From an uncultured delta proteobacterium (GTDB lineage Bacteria > Myxococcota_A > Polyangia > Haliangiales > Haliangiaceae): DNA of 64,000 bases. The translations under genes were made by a program, and so were the position numbers. The stretch covers positions 4,096,001 through 4,160,000 of the forward strand of contig CAWKDB010000010.1 in NCBI GenBank assembly GCA_963848295.1, written 5' to 3'. Below, piece after piece: positions 1 through 10,076 of this stretch. Below the pieces are notes generated by a model. That model saw only the letters and a list, made by a program, of their open reading frames with translations, made no database searches and was not told the DNA's origin. Each line of letters begins with the position of its first letter. Position 1 is the first letter of the stretch.

Positions 1-581
1 GGTGTGCGCAGCTCGAGCGCGCTCGCGATCTCGGCGAGCACGCGAGGCGTCGCGGTCGCGGTGAGCGCGATCATCGGCACGTTCGCCACCGCGCGCAGCT
101 CGGCGAGCCGCATGTACTCGGGCCGAAAGTCGTGTCCCCACTGGCTCACGCAGTGCGCTTCGTCGATCGCGATCATCGCGATCCGCGCGCGGCCGAGCAG
201 GCGCTTGAACCCATCGAGCACGGCGCGCTCGGGCGAGACGTAGAGCAGCGCGAGCTCGCCGCGGACCAACCGCGCGATCGTTTCGGCGCGAGCCGAGTCC
301 TCGCACTGGCTATGCAGCGCCGCGACCGCGACGCCGCGGCCCGCGAGCGCGCTCACTTGATCGTTCATCAACGCGATCAGCGGCGAGATCACGATCGTCG
401 TGCCCTCGCCGCGGCGCGCGCGCACGATCGCGGGCACCTGGTAGCACAGGGACTTGCCGGCGCCGGTCGGCAGCAGGACGAGCGCGTCGCGGTCCGCGAG
501 CAGCGCGTCGATCGCTTCGCCCTGGCCGTGGCGAAACGCGTCGTGGCCGAACACGTCGCGCAGGACCTCGAGCGCGCTCAT
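1..581 (-). CDS. recQ: RecQ-family ATP-dependent DNA helicase, N-terminal part (runs off the window start)
   Basis: Manual translation from ATG at 581: MSALEVLRDVFGHDAFRHGQGEAIDALLADRDALVLLPTGAGKSLCYQVPA, containing RecQ motif 0 and Walker A (TGAGKSLCYQ). Absent from the ORF track because the frame is open at the edge. Confidence 0.9.
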   Translation of the reverse strand, partial: MSALEVLRDVFGHDAFRHGQGEAIDALLADRDALVLLPTGAGKSLCYQVPAIVRARRGEGTTIVISPLIALMNDQVSALAGRGVAVAALHSQCEDSARAETIARLVRGELALLYVSPERAVLDGFKRLLGRARIAMIAIDEAHCVSQWGHDFRPEYMRLAELRAVANVPMIALTATATPRVLAEIASALELRT

Positions 582-701
582 CTCCACCCGGTAGCATGAG
601 GCTCTGTCAGTCGGCAGGCGATCGAGCGAACGGGCGACCACGGAAATCTGAAAGCCGCCGCAGAGAAGTGAGGTTCAGCGCGCGCCGCCGACCCGAACCG
701 C

Positions 702-717
702 GGGCCCGAGCTTTGCA
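702..717 (+). promoter_or_regulatory. Putative sigma54 (-24/-12) promoter
   Basis: GGGCCCGAGCTTTGCA = GG-N10-GC with TTGCA; ATG at 732. Confidence 0.55.
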
Positions 718-731
718 CCACCGGGGCGAAT

Positions 732-1919
732 ATGCGGACGCCTAGCCTTTTCGTGATCCTCGTCGCTGGATGCACGTCGCCGTCATCGCCCAAGACGCCG
801 CCCGGCTCGGTCGACTTGCAGATGAACGACCTGTCCGTGATGTTGCCGTTGCCGCAGACCCAGGCCGAGATCGACGCGATGCTGACGCCGATGTCGCCCG
901 CGGTCGGCGGCGCCTTGCTGCCCCAGGCGACGCTCGCCGCGGCGCAGGTCGGCATCGACTCTACGCAGTTGCACGCGGTCGCGTTTCGCTTCGATCCGTG
1001 CTTCGGTCAGCTCGGCGCGATCACCGATCCGTCGACCTGTGACAACCAGTTGCGCGTCGTGTTCCAGCCGATCTTCGTGGGGACCGACGGCGACATCACG
1101 ACGGCCGCGGATCAGGCGGTCCACGCGTTCTACTCGATCACCCGCGATCAGCTGATCGCCGCGGTCGATGAGATGGTCGCCGCGCGCGAGGACGACGGCA
1201 TCGACTACGACCTCGGCCCGCTCGCGCCACACCCGGTCGTCGCGAGCGAAGGGCTCGATGGCGCGCTCGCGCAGAAGCTGTTCGCGATCGTCACGAGGTA
1301 CGCAGGCGGCAGCGAGCTCGAGCGGATGACCGCGTTCGAGGTCGAGCTCGTCGCGGGCGGCGAGCCGGTCGTCGGCCCGGGCGAATTCTGGCAGTTCGAG
1401 TCCTTCGACATCGCATCCGGCGCGGCCACGCCGCGCCCGATCGCTACGCTCCCCGGCGACGTCAACACGATGACGCTGTCGGCCGCGGTCGACCCGCTCG
1501 AGTCGAGCGGCTCGCCGTCGACGACATCGACCGACAACCTCGCGGTCGTCGAGAGCATGACGATGGCCAGCGCCGCGACCACGGCCGAGCGCCGGACCGC
1601 GTTCGACGCCGCGCTGCGGGTCCTGAACCCGCACGACAATTCACCCGACACGATCGATTGCGCGAGCTGCCATCTCGCGCAGCCCGCGGTCACCCTGGTC
1701 GGCGTGCCGCTCGGCATGACCGTGACCGGCGACAGCGCCGCGTTCGTCGCCAGCCCGGGGATTCCGCTCGCCGATCTCGCGCAGACGACGCAGCTGGACA
1801 GCGACGGCGTGCTCAATATCCACGCGTTCAGCTATCGCAACGCCGATCCGATGATCAACCAGCGCGTGATCAACGAGACCGCCGCGAACCTCGCGTACCT
1901 CGAGACGGTATTGCGGTAA
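732..1919 (+). CDS. Lipoprotein with a single c-type heme motif
   Basis: Lipobox VAGC; CASCH (CxxCH) near the C-terminus. Confidence 0.7.
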   Translation: MRTPSLFVILVAGCTSPSSPKTPPGSVDLQMNDLSVMLPLPQTQAEIDAMLTPMSPAVGGALLPQATLAAAQVGIDSTQLHAVAFRFDPCFGQLGAITDPSTCDNQLRVVFQPIFVGTDGDITTAADQAVHAFYSITRDQLIAAVDEMVAAREDDGIDYDLGPLAPHPVVASEGLDGALAQKLFAIVTRYAGGSELERMTAFEVELVAGGEPVVGPGEFWQFESFDIASGAATPRPIATLPGDVNTMTLSAAVDPLESSGSPSTTSTDNLAVVESMTMASAATTAERRTAFDAALRVLNPHDNSPDTIDCASCHLAQPAVTLVGVPLGMTVTGDSAAFVASPGIPLADLAQTTQLDSDGVLNIHAFSYRNADPMINQRVINETAANLAYLETVLR

Positions 1920-1938
1920 CGAGGAGCGTACTCGCCGG

Positions 1939-3336
1939 TCAGCGCGCGCGCAGCCAGGCCAGCGCGATGCCGATCCGCTCGCGGCCCTGCGGCGGCGACG
2001 CTGCGAGCTTGTCGAGCAGGAGCTTGGTCATCGCGGCCCGGCCGCGACGATGCGCGAGCCGGACCAGCGCGGCGGTGCGAACCTCCGGCGCAGGATCCCG
2101 CGTTGCCAGGACATCGAGCGCGGGCTCGTCGAGCTCGCCGATGATCACGAGCCGGACGGCGGCGGACGCGTCGGCGCCGGCGCGGGCGACGAACGCGTTG
2201 TGGCGCAATCCGCACGTCACCTTGCGTTCGAGGAGCGTTTGCAGCGCCGCGGCGCGTACACCGGGATCGACGTCGCGCGCCAGCGTGCACAGATCGATGG
2301 CGGTGTCCGCCGATGGTGCATGCTCCACCGCCCGCGCATAGGCCACGCGCACCGCGGTCACCGGGTCGGACGCCGCGCGCGGCGGATGGTCGCAGTCGAG
2401 CTCGGCGAGCGCTTCGATCGCCGCGGCCCGCACCGCGCCGTCGACGCCGTGGGCGAGCTCTCGAATTTGCGCCGCGACCGCAGGGACGTGGGGCTCGTGC
2501 TCCGAGACGAGCCACCCGCCGATCGGGGTCAGCGTCTCCGCGCACGCGGCGCGCACGGATGGATCGGCGTCGCGAAATCCGCGGTCGAGCAGCGGCGCTG
2601 CGACGCCGAGGTCCTTGCCGGTCGCGGTGCGAAGAATCGCCGCCGGCACGGCCGCGCACACCGCGCGTCGCGTCGCGGGTGTGCCGGCCGCGAACCACCG
2701 CGCGAGCGTCGCACCGGTCTCGCCCTGACTCGGACTGACGTCGGGAAACAAAGCGATCAGCGCGGCGCTCGGCGTGCCGGCGCTCGCCGCAAACGCGGCG
2801 CGCACGATGTCGTCCGTTCGGGCCGGGACGGTCGCGAGCAGCGAGGCTTCCGCGGTCGCGACCGTCGGCCGAGCGATCAGGTCACCAGGCAATTGCGCGA
2901 CCACGCGATCGACGACCGCGGGATCGTGGCCCCACACGAGCGCCTCGACCGCCGCGACCGCCGTATCCGGATCGGTGGCCGCCGTGAGCTCGCCGACATC
3001 CGCGATCAGTTGCGGGTCCGCGACCTCGCGGTGAGTCGAGTAGTAGCGGAATGACCAGATCTGGTTCGCCGCGGCGATCGCGTCGACTTGTGCGGCGCGG
3101 TCCGCACTCGTGAGCGCCGCGTGTAACACCGCGGTCATCACGGCACGGACGGCGTCGGCGCGATCGGCGGCATTGGCCGCGCTCGCGAGTCGCGAAGCCT
3201 GTCGCGCGATCGCGTCGGGCTCTTGCGGCGACGTGGCAAGCTCCGCCGGTGCCGGTGGTTGCAGTGCAGGCGGCGACGCGACGCGCGCCGAGCCGCAGGC
3301 CACCAACACCAGGGTCATCGCTCGGCGCATCTGCAC
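1939..3336 (-). CDS. HEAT-repeat lipoprotein
   Basis: Lipobox LVAC; repeated D-x-D-P-x-VR-x-AA units (DADPSVRAAC, DVDPGVRAAA, DPAPEVRTAA). Confidence 0.7.
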   Translation of the reverse strand: MQMRRAMTLVLVACGSARVASPPALQPPAPAELATSPQEPDAIARQASRLASAANAADRADAVRAVMTAVLHAALTSADRAAQVDAIAAANQIWSFRYYSTHREVADPQLIADVGELTAATDPDTAVAAVEALVWGHDPAVVDRVVAQLPGDLIARPTVATAEASLLATVPARTDDIVRAAFAASAGTPSAALIALFPDVSPSQGETGATLARWFAAGTPATRRAVCAAVPAAILRTATGKDLGVAAPLLDRGFRDADPSVRAACAETLTPIGGWLVSEHEPHVPAVAAQIRELAHGVDGAVRAAAIEALAELDCDHPPRAASDPVTAVRVAYARAVEHAPSADTAIDLCTLARDVDPGVRAAALQTLLERKVTCGLRHNAFVARAGADASAAVRLVIIGELDEPALDVLATRDPAPEVRTAALVRLAHRRGRAAMTKLLLDKLAASPPQGRERIGIALAWLRAR

Positions 3337-3435
3337 TCGTGCTAGCTCGGACGGGCTAGCACGTCGCTCGGAGGCTCGCGCAACACATCTGTTACACCGT
3401 CGCGTTCTGGTTCGCTGCTCACAAGCAGCGAGCTT

Positions 3436-4104
3436 TCATTTGAACGAGCTCGATGCCGGGCGCTGCCGCGAATCGCCAGGTGGTCTCGTCGGCTGATATG
3501 TGCCGTCTGTCATGACGAAGCGGCGACGGATCGGCGGGCTCGCTCGGCGGGGCTTGTCGCTCGGCGGTTGAACCGATGTCTGGGCGAACGCGAGTGCGAG
3601 CGGTCTGCCGGGCTCGGTCGCAACGAGCTCGACGCCGTCCGCGGTCGAGAACCCGCCGCCGGTCGCGGAGATCATCGCGATCTCCCCGCGCCAGATCAGT
3701 TTCGGTCGACCGCCATCGAGTGAGACCACGGCCCAGCGTTCCCACTTCGTGTTCGCGGCATCGGTCTGACCCGTCCGCACGAACGCCGCGGGCAGCTTCG
3801 CGGACGCTGGCACGTTCGCGGTCGGTGCGACGCCGGGGGTGCCGCGCACGCGCGTCGGCTCGCCGAGGAGGTCGACAACCGCAAGTAGATCGACGGTTTC
3901 GGCCCGTCCGAGATCGAGCGTCCACGCCGGGCACTTCGCCGGGGCACCGCATTCCTTCTTCGCGGTGACGATCGCGTGCTGCTCGCCGCTCTTGCCCGTG
4001 AGCTCGACGCTCGCTCGAACCTCCGATCGCGGCTGCGGTGGCGGATCGGCGCACACCGCAGGTGGTGATCCGGCGACGACAAGCGCGAGCATGAATCTGC
4101 GCAT
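3436..4104 (-). CDS. Hypothetical secreted protein
   Basis: Likely start MRRFMLALVVAG at 4104, signal-peptide-like; no recognised domain. Confidence 0.55.
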   Translation of the reverse strand: MRRFMLALVVAGSPPAVCADPPPQPRSEVRASVELTGKSGEQHAIVTAKKECGAPAKCPAWTLDLGRAETVDLLAVVDLLGEPTRVRGTPGVAPTANVPASAKLPAAFVRTGQTDAANTKWERWAVVSLDGGRPKLIWRGEIAMISATGGGFSTADGVELVATEPGRPLALAFAQTSVQPPSDKPRRASPPIRRRFVMTDGTYQPTRPPGDSRQRPASSSFK

Positions 4105-4226
4105 CGCGTCAGCATAGTCGCGAAGCCGTTCGGCTGCTGGAAGTGACGAGGCTTCGCAAGGCGATGTTCGTGGAGGCGAGCGAGATCCAGTTGCGCCGCC
4201 CGCGCCCGACGCGTTACGAGCCAGGA

Positions 4227-6638
4227 GTGCGCTACTTGATCGCCGTGCTCGCGCTAGCGGGATGTGGCTCGCCGCCATGCGGCAACGGCGTGACCGCGTC
4301 GCAGCTCACGCTGCAGAGCGCAGACATGACGGTCGTGATCGCGACGCATCCGTACTCGCTGACCGTGCTCGATGCGAACGGCAACACGCTCGTCGACCAC
4401 GGCGCGCTCGGCTGGACGTCGGGGACGATGGGCATCCAGAAGGCGCTCTACAACGGCTACTTCTCGTTCTACCCGACGTTCGATCCTTGGCGCGACACGT
4501 TCGACGTCGTTGCCGCGACCCAAACCGATCAAGAGCTCGACGTCACGCTCCACGGCAGCGATGACGAATGCATCACCGTGTCGCACGTGATCCGCGCGGG
4601 CGCGCTCCGCGTCGAAGCACATCGCGGCGGCGACGAGCCTCGCGCGTGGCAGATCGGCTTCGCTTCGCCCGCCGACGAAGGCTTTCTCGGCCTCGGCGAG
4701 CGTTACGATCATGTCGATCACCGCGGGTTCGCGGTCTACAACTGGCCGGAAGAAGGCGGGTTGACGATGGGCGAAGCCGTGCCGCCCTCGGACACCAACC
4801 CGTATCCGAACGGCGGCACGATGACGTACTACCCGGTGCCGTTCTTTCTCTCGACAGCAGGCTACGGCTTCTGGCTCGACACGACCTACTTCAACCAATT
4901 CGAGCTCGCGTCGGAGTCCGACGATGCATGGCGCGCGTGGGAGGTCGGGCCGACGCTCGCGTTCGAGATCTACGTGCCGATCGCGGGCGATCCGCGGCCG
5001 TGGCCGCTGCAAGTGATCGACACGTTCACCGCGAAGACCGGCCGACCGATGATTCCACCCGACTGGAGCTTCGGACCGCGGCGCCGGATCGATCGCGGCA
5101 ACCTGGTCGACGGCGTCCCCGAGCTCCAAGCGATGCGCGATCAAGGGCTCGCGATCACGTCGGCCGACGACACGTTGCACTTCGCGCCGAACGGCGACGA
5201 CCTCGGTAACGAAGCGGCGCTGACCGCGTGGGTCCAGTCGGCGACCGCGCTCGGCTACAAGATGATCGGCTACTACAATCCGTACTTCTCGAGCGATCCG
5301 ACGAGCCCGCTCGCGAGCGTCACCGCGACCGGCGTCGCGAACGACTACTTCTTGAAGGCGAAGGACGGCACGCCCGGCGAGGTCACGTTGATCAGCGGGC
5401 AAGCGTTGACCGTCTACACGATCGACCCGACGTTTCCCGACGCGGTCGCGTATTTCACGGATCAGTTTCAGCGCGCACTCGATCTCGGCTACGCCGGTTG
5501 GATGTACGACTTCGGCGAGTACGTGCAGCCCGACTGGACCTCACACGATGGCTCGACCGGGTTCTCGCTGCACAACGAGTTTCCCGTGCTCTACGACCAA
5601 GCCGCGCACGATGCGCTCGAGCAGATCCGCCCGGGCGATTGGTATTACTTCTCGCGCTCCGGCTACACCGGGGCTCAGCAGTACGCGCCGATGACGTGGT
5701 CGGGCGATCCCGACGCATCGTTCGGGCTCGCCGAGGGCTTGCCGGCCCAGGTCCGCGCAGAGATCACGCTGTCGATGTCCGGCGTCGCGCACGTCGGCTC
5801 GGACATCGGCGGCTTCAAATGTCAGAACAATGGGCCGGACACCGCCGACGGCGAGCTGATCGCGCGCTGGATCGAAGCGGGCTCGTTGTCATCGGACATG
5901 CACGATGAAAACGCGTGCTCCGGCGGCGGGACGAAGGCGACGATCTGGACGTCGACCGACGCGCAGACCGCATGGAAGACGTACGCGAAGCTGCACACGC
6001 GACTCGGCCCGTACATGTCTGCGCTCGCGTTCCAGGCGCACGCGACCGGCACGCCGCTCGTGATGAGCCCGTGGCTCGTCCATCCCGAGCGCCGCGATCT
6101 TGCGACCGTCGACGACGCGTTCTACTTCGGTCCAGGCCTCTACGGCATCCCGGTCGTGACGCGCGGTGCGACGACGGTCACCACCGCGCTGCCACCGGGC
6201 GAATACGTCGATTGGCGCGATGGCACGCTCTACGACGGCGGGACCACCGCGACGCTGCCTGCTCCGCTCGACGAGCTGCCGCTCTTGCTCGTCGATGGCG
6301 CGGTGATCCCGATGCTCGATCCGACGATCGACACGCTCGCGGTGGAGACTTCGCCGACGGTGATCGGCCCGACCGATGTCGCCGATGTCTATGACGTCGT
6401 GGTCGCGATCTCGCACGCGACGGGCAGCGCGACGTTCGCGCTCGCCGATGGCAGCACGCTGTCCGCGCAATACGACGGCTCGCCGATCGCGTGCACGGGC
6501 TGCACGGTGACGCCGATCGGGACTCGAGTGCAGCGCGTGCAAGTGGAAGCGACCGCCGATGTCGACGCCGGAGGGCTCAGCCTGCATTCGGTGGGCGTCA
6601 CGCGCAGCCTGCGCTGGGACGTCTACGTGATCGACTAA
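4227..6638 (+). CDS. Glycoside hydrolase family 31 lipoprotein
   Basis: GTG start with lipobox LAGC; GH31 hallmarks GLGERY, VPFFLS, WMYDFGE (nucleophile), WSGD (acid/base), GSDIGGF. Confidence 0.85.
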   Translation: MRYLIAVLALAGCGSPPCGNGVTASQLTLQSADMTVVIATHPYSLTVLDANGNTLVDHGALGWTSGTMGIQKALYNGYFSFYPTFDPWRDTFDVVAATQTDQELDVTLHGSDDECITVSHVIRAGALRVEAHRGGDEPRAWQIGFASPADEGFLGLGERYDHVDHRGFAVYNWPEEGGLTMGEAVPPSDTNPYPNGGTMTYYPVPFFLSTAGYGFWLDTTYFNQFELASESDDAWRAWEVGPTLAFEIYVPIAGDPRPWPLQVIDTFTAKTGRPMIPPDWSFGPRRRIDRGNLVDGVPELQAMRDQGLAITSADDTLHFAPNGDDLGNEAALTAWVQSATALGYKMIGYYNPYFSSDPTSPLASVTATGVANDYFLKAKDGTPGEVTLISGQALTVYTIDPTFPDAVAYFTDQFQRALDLGYAGWMYDFGEYVQPDWTSHDGSTGFSLHNEFPVLYDQAAHDALEQIRPGDWYYFSRSGYTGAQQYAPMTWSGDPDASFGLAEGLPAQVRAEITLSMSGVAHVGSDIGGFKCQNNGPDTADGELIARWIEAGSLSSDMHDENACSGGGTKATIWTSTDAQTAWKTYAKLHTRLGPYMSALAFQAHATGTPLVMSPWLVHPERRDLATVDDAFYFGPGLYGIPVVTRGATTVTTALPPGEYVDWRDGTLYDGGTTATLPAPLDELPLLLVDGAVIPMLDPTIDTLAVETSPTVIGPTDVADVYDVVVAISHATGSATFALADGSTLSAQYDGSPIACTGCTVTPIGTRVQRVQVEATADVDAGGLSLHSVGVTRSLRWDVYVID

Positions 6639-9022
6639 GGCGAGCAGTCGCCGGGGCAGCTCACCGCGGTCTCCGGCGGATCGCAGTAGCCGTCGCCGCA
6701 CGACGGCGTGCACGTCACGTCTTGCGGGCACGAATGGCAGGTCTCGAGCGGATCGGCGATGCCGTCGCCGCACGTCGGTGCGAGCGCGCAGCTCGCTTGC
6801 GGCGGGCAGCTCGGCGTGCACGACGCCCAGCAATCGGGATCCGCGCAGCCAACGAGGCCATCGCCGTCGAGGTCGACCGCGGCGCCGCACAGATCGCTGC
6901 TCCGATCGCTGGCCCACATCAGGGTCCACGTCTGACCGAGGTACAGCATCGTCTGGCCGTGAACCGCGTCGTACGCGAGCTGGTGACCCGCTGCCATCGG
7001 CGGTGCGTTCGCGAGCGTGCGCCGCGCCCACGTCGAGCCATCCCATCGCCACAGATCGCCGAGCATCGGGCCACCGTTGACACCGCCCTGCGAGCCGCCG
7101 TAGAGCAGCACTTCGGAACGCACCGGATCGTAGGTCATCGCCGCGTCCCACCGCGGTCCCGGTGAGACGACCGGTTGGACCTGAGTCCAGTCCGCGCCAT
7201 TCCAGGCCCAGGTATCGGCCAGGTTCCCACTTGGCGTACGACCGCCGAACAGCACGACCTCGCCGCGTGCCGCATCGAACGCGATCTGAGACTCCGCGCG
7301 CGGATCGGGTCGAGTCGATCCCGAGACATCGGTCCACGTGGTGCCGTCCCACGTCCAGGTCTCGTCGTGCAACATCGTGCCGTCGTCGCCGCCGAACAGC
7401 ACGACCTTGCCGATCGCAGCATCGTAGGCGAGCGCGGCGCCGGTGTAGACGATCGGATGCACGGCCGACGCGATCGACGTCCAGCTCGCGCCGTCCCACT
7501 CCCACACGTTCGGATCGGCGAGGTCGCCGCCCCACAGCACGACGCGCTGACGGCCGACGTCATACGCGAGTGCGGCGCCATTGCGCGACGACGGCATCGG
7601 CGATGTCGTCGGACGCTCGACCCAACCGCCGCCATCGGACTCCCACACGATGCCGTCGCCGACCAAGACGACTCGGCCGCGACGCGCGTCGTAAGTCATC
7701 GCGGCGCTCTCGAGTGCCGGCGGGCCCGGATCCGGCGTCACCCCGTTCCACATCCCATCCGGCCCGAGCTGATCCGGTTGTGGCGAGGCCTGGCCGCCAC
7801 ACGCCACGATCGCGCCGCGCACCCGATCGAAGAACAGCGACGTGTACGGTGCGCTCGGCCCGGCGCCGGCGAGCTCGGTCCAGCTCACGCCATCCCAGCA
7901 CCACGCATCCGAAGAGCCCCCGGCGAGCACCACGCAGCCGCGCGTCGGATCGTACGCGAGCGCGGATGCGCCGCGCAGCGGGTTCGGTCCATCGGTCGCG
8001 ACCATCGTCCACGTGGCGCCGTCCCACTCCCAGGTCGTCCCGCCGGGCGCCCACATCACGGTGATGCCGCGCTTCGGATCGTGGGCCATCGGCGCGGTGT
8101 TGGTCGCAGGTGGCGAGCTCGCAGGAGACAGTTGCTGCCACGTCGCCCCGTCCCACTCCCAGGTATCTGCCAACGAGTCGGGAGAGACGAGCCCGCCGAA
8201 CAGCAGCACGCGATGCCGAGTGGCGTCGTACGTCATCGACGGTGCATCGCGAGGCGATGGCGACATCGGCCCGGTGACATCGGTCCAGTTCGTGCCGTCC
8301 CAGATCCACGTATCCTCGAAGGACTGGCCGAAGTCCGAGCCGCCGAACATCACGACGACGTGATGGTCTTCGTCATACGCCGCGGCCGCGCCGAACCGCG
8401 CTGCGGGCGATAGCACGGGTGTGACGTCGGTCCAGGTCGCGCCGTCCCACTCGAGCGTGCGTCCGGTGATCGAGAAGCTATTGTCGAGGCCGCCGAACAT
8501 GACGAGCCGGTCGCGCGCGACGTCGTAAGCAGCCGCTTGCTGCTCGCGTGCGATGCCGCCGAGTTGTGCGAGCTCGTGCCACGCCGGCGTCTCGGGCCGA
8601 CACGACGACGAGCAGCCATCGTGATCGCGCGCGTTGCCGTCGTCGCATTGCTCGCCCTTTGCGACATCGATGATGCCGTTGCCGCATGCTTCGTTCGACA
8701 GGCAATCCGCCGAGCATCCATCGCCGGACACGGTATTGCCGTCGTCGCAGACCTCGCCCGGATCGACGATGCCGTTGCCGCATGCGATCGGCAGACACAC
8801 GCCTTCGTGGCACGCGCCATTGACGGCGTCCGGTGCACTGCACAGAGAGTCGTCCGGCAGGCCGGTACACGCCGCGACCTGCTCGGTCGTCGTACAGCCT
8901 TGATGCGCGACGTCGCAGACAAAGCCGGCGGGGCACGTCGTCCCGTTCGAGCACGCCACGAGATCGTCGTTGATACAGCCAGTCGACCATGCGCAGACCA
9001 GAGCGAGGGCGATCGCGCGCAT
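6635..9022 (-). CDS. Lipoprotein with Myxococcus cysteine-rich repeats (DUF4215-like) and kelch-like beta-propeller repeats
   Basis: CGNGIVDPGEVCDDGN-type repeats; about a dozen YD..R..VVLFGG...TWEWDGxxW units. Confidence 0.8.
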   Translation of the reverse strand: MRAIALALVCAWSTGCINDDLVACSNGTTCPAGFVCDVAHQGCTTTEQVAACTGLPDDSLCSAPDAVNGACHEGVCLPIACGNGIVDPGEVCDDGNTVSGDGCSADCLSNEACGNGIIDVAKGEQCDDGNARDHDGCSSSCRPETPAWHELAQLGGIAREQQAAAYDVARDRLVMFGGLDNSFSITGRTLEWDGATWTDVTPVLSPAARFGAAAAYDEDHHVVVMFGGSDFGQSFEDTWIWDGTNWTDVTGPMSPSPRDAPSMTYDATRHRVLLFGGLVSPDSLADTWEWDGATWQQLSPASSPPATNTAPMAHDPKRGITVMWAPGGTTWEWDGATWTMVATDGPNPLRGASALAYDPTRGCVVLAGGSSDAWCWDGVSWTELAGAGPSAPYTSLFFDRVRGAIVACGGQASPQPDQLGPDGMWNGVTPDPGPPALESAAMTYDARRGRVVLVGDGIVWESDGGGWVERPTTSPMPSSRNGAALAYDVGRQRVVLWGGDLADPNVWEWDGASWTSIASAVHPIVYTGAALAYDAAIGKVVLFGGDDGTMLHDETWTWDGTTWTDVSGSTRPDPRAESQIAFDAARGEVVLFGGRTPSGNLADTWAWNGADWTQVQPVVSPGPRWDAAMTYDPVRSEVLLYGGSQGGVNGGPMLGDLWRWDGSTWARRTLANAPPMAAGHQLAYDAVHGQTMLYLGQTWTLMWASDRSSDLCGAAVDLDGDGLVGCADPDCWASCTPSCPPQASCALAPTCGDGIADPLETCHSCPQDVTCTPSCGDGYCDPPETAVSCPGDCSP

Positions 9023-9219
9023 CGCACCATTGTACCGAACGATGTCGTGCGGTCGGCGAAATTACGTCACGAGACCGAGGCCGGTGTTCTGGAAACCGGC
9101 GTGTGCTACCAAGCGCGGGTGCGACGGGTCGTCGTGATTGCGGGCGCTAGCGGCAACGGCAAGCGTTTCTCGACCGCTCGTAATGCGCAAGCGCGACGCT
9201 AGTGAAGCGCCGATGGCTT

Positions 9220-10041
9220 TCACGACCAGACCTCGTCGAGGAACGCGAGCAGCTCGCCGTCGAGCCGCGATGGCCTGATCCTCCATTCGGCGATCGACCG
9301 CGCGGTGACGAGCCGTGCGTGAGCGAGCTCGCGCGCGATCCGATCGGCGTCGCTGAACGGGTGGATCGGATCGGACGGATGGCCGATCACGAGAGTCGGC
9401 TGCGTCAACGCGCGGCGTGCCTCGATCGGCGGGGCGACGCGACCGAAGATCAAACCGTCGAGCACGGCGAGCGACGCGATCGGATCGCGGCGCAGGAAGT
9501 CGATCATGATGTCGACGACGTGGTGGGTGCGCGGGATGTGCCGCGTGATCGCCGCGACCGCGCCCATCGAGCGATGGCTGACGCGGAGCGCGAGCGCGAG
9601 CGGCACGAACGCTCCGGCCGCTGCGGGGAGCGCGTTCTCGAGCACCGGCATCTCGAGCACGAGCCCGCACGCGCGCTCTGGCGCAGCGACCGCCGCCTCG
9701 AGCGCGACGTTCGCCCCGAGCGAGGTCCCACCGATCACGGCCCGCTCGACGCCGAGGTGATCGAGCAGCGCGATCACGTCATGGCCGAACTGCTCCATCG
9801 AATACGCGGTCATGTCGTGCGGTTGGTCGGATGCGCCGTGGCCGAGCATGTCGAGCGCGACCAAGCGGTAGCCGGCGGCTGCGAGCGTCGGTCCGAGTCG
9901 CGTGTACATCCGCCCGTCCATCAGTAGGCCGTGAGTCATCACGATCACGCGCTCGCCTTTGCCGTGCTCGCGATAGGACAACCGGCGCCCGCGATGGACG
10001 AAGCTCGGGACGGGGGCGACTTTGCGGCGAAACAGCGCCAT
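9220..10041 (-). CDS. Alpha/beta hydrolase
   Basis: HGL oxyanion motif, DMLGHGAS, GTSLG nucleophile elbow; start MALFRRK at 10041. Confidence 0.85.
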   Translation of the reverse strand: MALFRRKVAPVPSFVHRGRRLSYREHGKGERVIVMTHGLLMDGRMYTRLGPTLAAAGYRLVALDMLGHGASDQPHDMTAYSMEQFGHDVIALLDHLGVERAVIGGTSLGANVALEAAVAAPERACGLVLEMPVLENALPAAAGAFVPLALALRVSHRSMGAVAAITRHIPRTHHVVDIMIDFLRRDPIASLAVLDGLIFGRVAPPIEARRALTQPTLVIGHPSDPIHPFSDADRIARELAHARLVTARSIAEWRIRPSRLDGELLAFLDEVWS

Positions 10042-10076
10042 GCAAAATGGTACCGCGAGCGGCACTGCGCTGCGGC

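Noticed and set aside
310..597. 95-aa ORF from the track as the gene at the window start
   Set aside because: Wrong frame. The RecQ motifs are in the frame starting at 581.
6900..8560. Recurring DNA motifs (gccgtcccactccca, gccgccgaaca) as a CRISPR-like array
   Set aside because: These are imperfect ~150-bp-period coding repeats of the kelch-like propeller, and no cas genes are present.
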